A DNA stretch of 54,358 nucleotides from Chitinophagaceae bacterium (GTDB lineage Bacteria; Bacteroidota; Bacteroidia; Chitinophagales; Chitinophagaceae): contig JBAQJB010000204.1 in assembly GCA_049289155.1 (NCBI GenBank), positions 1-54,358 of the forward strand. Direction: 5' to 3'. The translations under genes were made by a program, and so were the position numbers. The notes beneath the pieces are model-generated. The model worked only from the letters and a program-made list of their open reading frames with translations. It was not told where the DNA came from and did no database searches. Position 1 is the first letter of the stretch. Each line of letters opens with the position of its first letter. Of the stretch, positions 50,052-54,358 are shown piece by piece.

Positions 50052-51026
50052 TTACCAGCCTAAAATATACGCGAATATTAATGGTACTACAATGGTAGCG
50101 TCACTTTCAACAATGAATTTTGGCGTATGAATATCTAATTTTCCCCAGGTTATTTTTTCATTGGGCACTGCACCACTATAACTTCCATATGATGTTGTAC
50201 TATCACTTACCTGGCAGAAATAACTCCAAAATGGAACGTCAGTCCATTCAAGATCCTGGTACATCATGGGAACTACGCAGATCGGAAAATCGCCTGCAAT
50301 TCCCCCTCCAATTTGAAAAAAACCAACTCCTTTTCCACCTGAATTTGCACGGTACCATTCGCTCAGGCTGATCATATATTCAATACCTGATTTCATGGTT
50401 GAAGTTTTTAATGCTCCCTTTATACAATAAGAGGCAAAAATATTTCCCATTGTACTGTCTTCCCATCCAGGAACAATGATCGGAATATTTTTTTCTGCTG
50501 CGGCCAGCATCCAGCTATTTGCCGGGTCTGTATCATAATATTCGGCAAGTACTCCGCTAAGCAACATTTTATACATATATTCATGCGGGAAAAAACGTTC
50601 ACCTTTCTCTTCCGCGTCTTTCCATATTTTGAAAATATGTTTTTGAATTCTGCGGAATGCCTCTTCTTCGGGAATACAAGTATCCGTAACACGGTTATAG
50701 TGATTTTCCAATAAATTCCATTCTTCCTGGGGACTCAAATCCCTGTAATTAGGAACTCTTTTGTAATGCGAATGAGCTACCAGGTTCATAATATCTTCTT
50801 CCAGGTTTGCACCCGTACAACTGATAATTTGAACTTTATCCTGGCGGATTATTTCAGCAAGGGAAATACCTAATTCAGCAGTGCTCATCGCTCCGGCAAG
50901 GGTAATCATCATCTTACCATTATCAAGTAAATGTGATTCATACCCTTTTGCAGCATCTATCAATGCCGCGGCATTGAAATGACGGTAATGATGTATTATA
51001 AAATCCGAAACAGGTCCTTTTTCCAT
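50052..51026 (-). CDS. Deoxyhypusine synthase-like protein (bacterial DHS/homospermidine synthase-like)
   Basis: 324 aa with ITLAGAMSTAELG, ISCTGANLEED, IPIIVPGWEDS and GGGIAGDFP blocks typical of the DHS fold. Confidence 0.8.
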   Translation of the reverse strand: MEKGPVSDFIIHHYRHFNAAALIDAAKGYESHLLDNGKMMITLAGAMSTAELGISLAEIIRQDKVQIISCTGANLEEDIMNLVAHSHYKRVPNYRDLSPQEEWNLLENHYNRVTDTCIPEEEAFRRIQKHIFKIWKDAEEKGERFFPHEYMYKMLLSGVLAEYYDTDPANSWMLAAAEKNIPIIVPGWEDSTMGNIFASYCIKGALKTSTMKSGIEYMISLSEWYRANSGGKGVGFFQIGGGIAGDFPICVVPMMYQDLEWTDVPFWSYFCQVSDSTTSYGSYSGAVPNEKITWGKLDIHTPKFIVESDATIVVPLIFAYILGW

Positions 51027-51151
51027 ATATTAATTTTTCGGTGTAAAGATAATTTTTTTACATAACACAATTCATGCGTACTAAAAATTTCAAAGAAATT
51101 TGAAATCAGCTTCGCTCATTTTAATTCAGTTATTTTTGCAAAAAAATTTTC

Positions 51152-52438
51152 ATGCCTGTATTAAACCGATTACAACCTCCCGTCATTACAGATCCGGTTG
51201 ATTATGATCTTTCACTACAACCGTATACTTTTTTTACCCTTGATAATGGCGTACCTGTTTATTCAATTCATGCGGGAACACAGGAGATCATACAGGTGGA
51301 ATGGGTCTTTGAAGCCGGTAACTGGCAGGAAGATAAAAGATTGGTGGCCGCGGCCACGAATTTTATGTTGAAAAATGGAACCAGTGATCTCAATGCATTC
51401 TCCATCAATCAAAAATTTGAATTTTATGGAGCTTTTTTATCGGTTCAATGCCATGTGGAAACAGCTACTATTACTCTTTTTTGCCTGGATAAGTATGCAA
51501 AAATCCTGATTCCAGTAGTTGCAGAATTATTAACCAATAGCATTTTTCCTCAGAATGAACTGAATACTTTCCGTCAAATCCAGGAACAAAATTTACAGGT
51601 AAACTTACAAAAATGTGATTTTGTAGCGAATCGACTAATAGATGCTTACTTATATGGATATGCGCATCCTTATGGCGCTATATCGAGCAGGGAAGCATAT
51701 GAAGCACTTGAAAGAACAGACCTGCAAGCCTTTTTTAAAACTTATTATTTAAATGGATTTTGCAGAATTTTCGTTTCCGGTTTAGTTCCACATAATATGG
51801 AAAAGCTGCTTAATGCTTCATTTGGGAGTTTACCCTTGAATCAACAAAAATTACCTGAAAAAGTATACACACAGAATGCTGAAAAAGAAAAAAAACACCG
51901 GGTTATCAATGATGAAAAAGGAGTACAGGCGGCAGTGCGGTTGGCAAGGTATTTTCCAAATAAACATCACCCGGATTTTATCAAAGCCACCGTATTGAAT
52001 AATATTTTAGGCGGTTTTTTTGGTTCAAGGTTGATGAGTAATATACGCGAGGAAAAAGGATATACGTATGGCATCTATAGTTATTTTAAAAATTATGTTG
52101 CGGAAAGTGAATGGATTATTTCTACAGAAGCAGGCCGTGATGTAAGTGAAGCTACTATAGTAGAAATACATAAGGAACTTGAAAAATTAAAAAATGAGCC
52201 TGTCGGGGAGGATGAATTATATCTCGTTAGAAATCAATTGATTGGTGGCCTTTTAAGTCATCTGGATGGCCCGTTTGAAATAATAAGCCGCTGGAAAAAT
52301 TATATTTTAAATGGACTGGATGAAAATTATTTTAAACAAAGTATAGAAGTTATAAAAACAATTTCAGCCGATGAAATACAGGGGTTGGCCAACAAATATT
52401 TTTCAGGCGAGCCATTTTATGAATTAACAGTAATATAG
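51152..52438 (+). CDS. M16 (pitrilysin) family protein, probably a non-catalytic subunit
   Basis: M16 two-domain layout, but the position of the HxxEH zinc motif reads AAATNFMLKNGT. Confidence 0.75.
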   Translation: MPVLNRLQPPVITDPVDYDLSLQPYTFFTLDNGVPVYSIHAGTQEIIQVEWVFEAGNWQEDKRLVAAATNFMLKNGTSDLNAFSINQKFEFYGAFLSVQCHVETATITLFCLDKYAKILIPVVAELLTNSIFPQNELNTFRQIQEQNLQVNLQKCDFVANRLIDAYLYGYAHPYGAISSREAYEALERTDLQAFFKTYYLNGFCRIFVSGLVPHNMEKLLNASFGSLPLNQQKLPEKVYTQNAEKEKKHRVINDEKGVQAAVRLARYFPNKHHPDFIKATVLNNILGGFFGSRLMSNIREEKGYTYGIYSYFKNYVAESEWIISTEAGRDVSEATIVEIHKELEKLKNEPVGEDELYLVRNQLIGGLLSHLDGPFEIISRWKNYILNGLDENYFKQSIEVIKTISADEIQGLANKYFSGEPFYELTVI

Positions 52439-52444
52439 CCAAAT

Positions 52445-52798
52445 ATGCTATTTATAGGAAGAATTTTAGTTTCTGCGGCAGCAGCTATAATCGCTGCATA
52501 TATCCTGGATGGTGTGCACATTGACAGTAGTGTTACTGCTATTTTATTAGCGCTTGTGCTTGCAATTTTGAATAGTTTTGTAAAGCCTGTACTCATCATT
52601 TTGACAATACCAATTACCATTTTAACACTCGGCCTTTTCCTCCTTATTTTGAATGTATTAATGATTGAATGGGCAGCGAAACTTGTTCCGGGATTCACCG
52701 TAGATTCGTGGTGGGCTGCATTATGGTTTAGTATATTATTATCATTAGTTACTTCGCTTTTAAATAGTCTGGTTAGTAGGAGAAAAAATCCTGAATAA
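52445..52798 (+). CDS. Small 4-TM membrane protein of the 'phage holin family IV' (YvlD/DUF360-like) type
   Basis: 117 aa, with LNSFVKPVLIILTIPITILTLGLFLLILN characteristic of this family. Confidence 0.7.
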   Translation: MLFIGRILVSAAAAIIAAYILDGVHIDSSVTAILLALVLAILNSFVKPVLIILTIPITILTLGLFLLILNVLMIEWAAKLVPGFTVDSWWAALWFSILLSLVTSLLNSLVSRRKNPE

Positions 52799-52890
52799 GT
52801 TCTGTTATAAAGTTAAATTCTGCAAAGTCTATGTCATTCTTGTTTTGTAATTTGCTGCATTTCCCGTGATTCCTAATCAAAAAATAAAAT

Positions 52891-54144
52891 TTGATTTCGC
52901 GACGTCATACTCCTTTTTTAAAAGCTGTAATGCTTTATACCATTTCTGCTTTCGGAGGTCCGCAGGGCCATTTTGGTATGATGCTTAAAACATTTGTATT
53001 ACAGCGAAAAGATCTTACGGAAGAAGAATTGATTGAATACAATGCTTTCTGCCAGATGCTCCCGGGTGCCTCTTCTACGCAAACCCTTACCCTTATTGGA
53101 TTTAAAAGGGGTGGTTTGCCTCTGGCTATAATTACCTTATTGATATGGATATTCCCAGCTTGTGTTTTAATGAGCTTATTATCTTTTTTATTAATTTACT
53201 TAGATGAGCGTTCAATTGATATTGGATTATTTAAATTCATTCAGCCCATGGCTGTTGGATTTGTCGGATTTTCAGCGTACCGGATTTCAAAACATGCCAT
53301 AACAAATACTATTACACGCGTAATTCTCACTTTAACAGCTTTACTTACTTTTTTTCTTTTTAAAACACCCTGGGTTATACCTTCCCTGATCGTAGCAGCA
53401 GGCATTGCAACCAACTTTAGCAGTAAAAGAATCCCACAGAAAGGCAATCCATCTAAAAAAGTAAAATGGGGTAATTTATTAATTTTCCTGGCTGTTTTTT
53501 CTATGACAGGTTTTGTGAGTGAAAAGGCAAGAAAAGAAAATTGGCCAGATCGCGCGCCTTTCAACTTATTTGAAAACTTTTACCGGTTTGGCAGCCTTGT
53601 ATTTGGTGGAGGCGATGTATTAATGCCAATGATGTACACGCAGTATGTGGAGCATCCAAAAACTGAAAAAACCCAGGAAAAAAATCCTAATGCACTTTCT
53701 ATGTCCAAGGAAGAATTCCTGACGGGCTATGGCATGGTGCGTGCCATCCCAGGCCCGGTTTTCTCTATAGGTTCGTATATGGGCGGCATGCTTTTAAAAG
53801 ATAAGGGTAATGATTTCCAGGTACTTGGTTGCTTTTTAGGCGCCATTGCAATTTTCCTTCCCAGTGCATTATTGGTGCTATTTTTCTTCCCGGTCTGGCA
53901 AAACCTTAAAAAATATGCAGTTATATACCGCTCCCTGGAAGGCATCAATGCATCTATTGTTGGGATCATGACAGGCTCTACGCTTTACATGATGAAAGCA
54001 ATCTCACTGGATGTAATGGATGGTACGGGAATACCAATTTTAAATATTGCGGTTATTTCCGGTACATTCTTATTGCTGGTCTTTACAAAATTCCGTGCGC
54101 CTTATATCGCTTTTATATGCCTTTTCCTTGGATGGTTTTTTTAA
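52891..54144 (+). CDS. chrA: Chromate transporter (fused two-CHR-domain ChrA)
   Basis: [11 protein letters not shown] in the first half and [11 protein letters not shown] in the second half, with about 10-12 TM segments. It has a TTG start. Confidence 0.85.
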   Translation: MISRRHTPFLKAVMLYTISAFGGPQGHFGMMLKTFVLQRKDLTEEELIEYNAFCQMLPGASSTQTLTLIGFKRGGLPLAIITLLIWIFPACVLMSLLSFLLIYLDERSIDIGLFKFIQPMAVGFVGFSAYRISKHAITNTITRVILTLTALLTFFLFKTPWVIPSLIVAAGIATNFSSKRIPQKGNPSKKVKWGNLLIFLAVFSMTGFVSEKARKENWPDRAPFNLFENFYRFGSLVFGGGDVLMPMMYTQYVEHPKTEKTQEKNPNALSMSKEEFLTGYGMVRAIPGPVFSIGSYMGGMLLKDKGNDFQVLGCFLGAIAIFLPSALLVLFFFPVWQNLKKYAVIYRSLEGINASIVGIMTGSTLYMMKAISLDVMDGTGIPILNIAVISGTFLLLVFTKFRAPYIAFICLFLGWFF

Positions 54145-54145
54145 A

Positions 54146-54358
54146 CTATTCCTTGTAATACCTGCCCATTTCTATTTCTTCGCGCACATTCTCGGGTAAT
54201 AAGTACCGAATAGATTTTTTTTCTTTTATCAATGTCCTAATTTCAGAAGCACTAATTTCAATGTATGGCGATTTACTATAAATATGCTTTGAATGGGGCT
54301 GCAGATCTACGGGAAAACCCAGACGTGGGTATATTATAAAGACATGATTATCAAGTAG
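54146..54358 (-). CDS. nadD: Nicotinate-nucleotide adenylyltransferase, C-terminal fragment (partial; continues beyond the window)
   Basis: My hand translation of the minus strand gives ...FIIYPRLGFPVDLQ....SPYIEISASEIRTLIKEKKSIRYLLPENVREEIEMGRYYKE*. This matches the NadD C-terminal pattern (ISST.IR....G.S..YL.P..V..YI). It is not in the supplied ORF track because it is truncated. Confidence 0.6.
   Translation of the reverse strand, partial: LLDNHVFIIYPRLGFPVDLQPHSKHIYSKSPYIEISASEIRTLIKEKKSIRYLLPENVREEIEMGRYYKE

Noticed and set aside
1-54358. Scan for CRISPR arrays, tRNA/rRNA genes, transposases, integrases, toxin-antitoxin or restriction-modification genes, and long direct repeats
   Set aside because: I could recognise none by eye. 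All large ORFs are accounted for by housekeeping or secreted-protein calls, and the intergenic regions are short or contain only hairpins. A covariance-model scan (tRNAscan-SE, Infernal) would be needed to exclude small RNAs formally.

Overview
This is a 54.4-kb, AT-rich, densely coding chromosomal segment that reads as Bacteroidota. The evidence is three secreted proteins with T9SS type-A C-terminal sorting domains, a GldG tail, BshA, a MurF-Alr fusion, TAnnTTTG -7 promoter boxes, and A-rich rather than Shine-Dalgarno start contexts. A finer placement (Chitinophagia/Sphingobacteriia-like) is only a guess. About 65 protein genes are present and almost all are housekeeping. The centrepiece is a minus-strand S10-spc ribosomal protein cluster, rpsJ through rplO plus secY and map (20770-33350). 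It is cut off from its usual partners at both ends: there is no rpsL-rpsG-fusA upstream and no infA...rplQ downstream. Other housekeeping genes include TerC, LspA, DPP-IV, glyA, pyrC, rbfA, a lolE-like permease, an MsbA-like exporter, Mpg, ChrA and a nadD fragment. I saw no rRNA, tRNA, CRISPR array, transposase, integrase, toxin-antitoxin pair or recognisable defence gene, and I did not find a convincing new multi-gene system. The most system-like accessory element is a three-gene arsenosugar-type radical-SAM operon (8873-10887). It sits divergently next to a trimeric-type purine nucleoside phosphorylase whose specificity residue is Asp instead of Asn, which could supply the unassigned adenine-removal step. 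Other items worth a second look: an orphan DUF4255 (Pvc16-like contractile-injection-system) gene wedged next to the rpsJ promoter; a 286-nt hairpin-rich spacer between rpsJ and rplC; a probable internal promoter between rplN and rplX that shares a sequence block with the rpsJ promoter; an RGG-rich tail on uS3; and several uncharacterised T9SS cargo proteins. All functional calls come from reading the translated ORFs and recognising motifs. No database search was possible.
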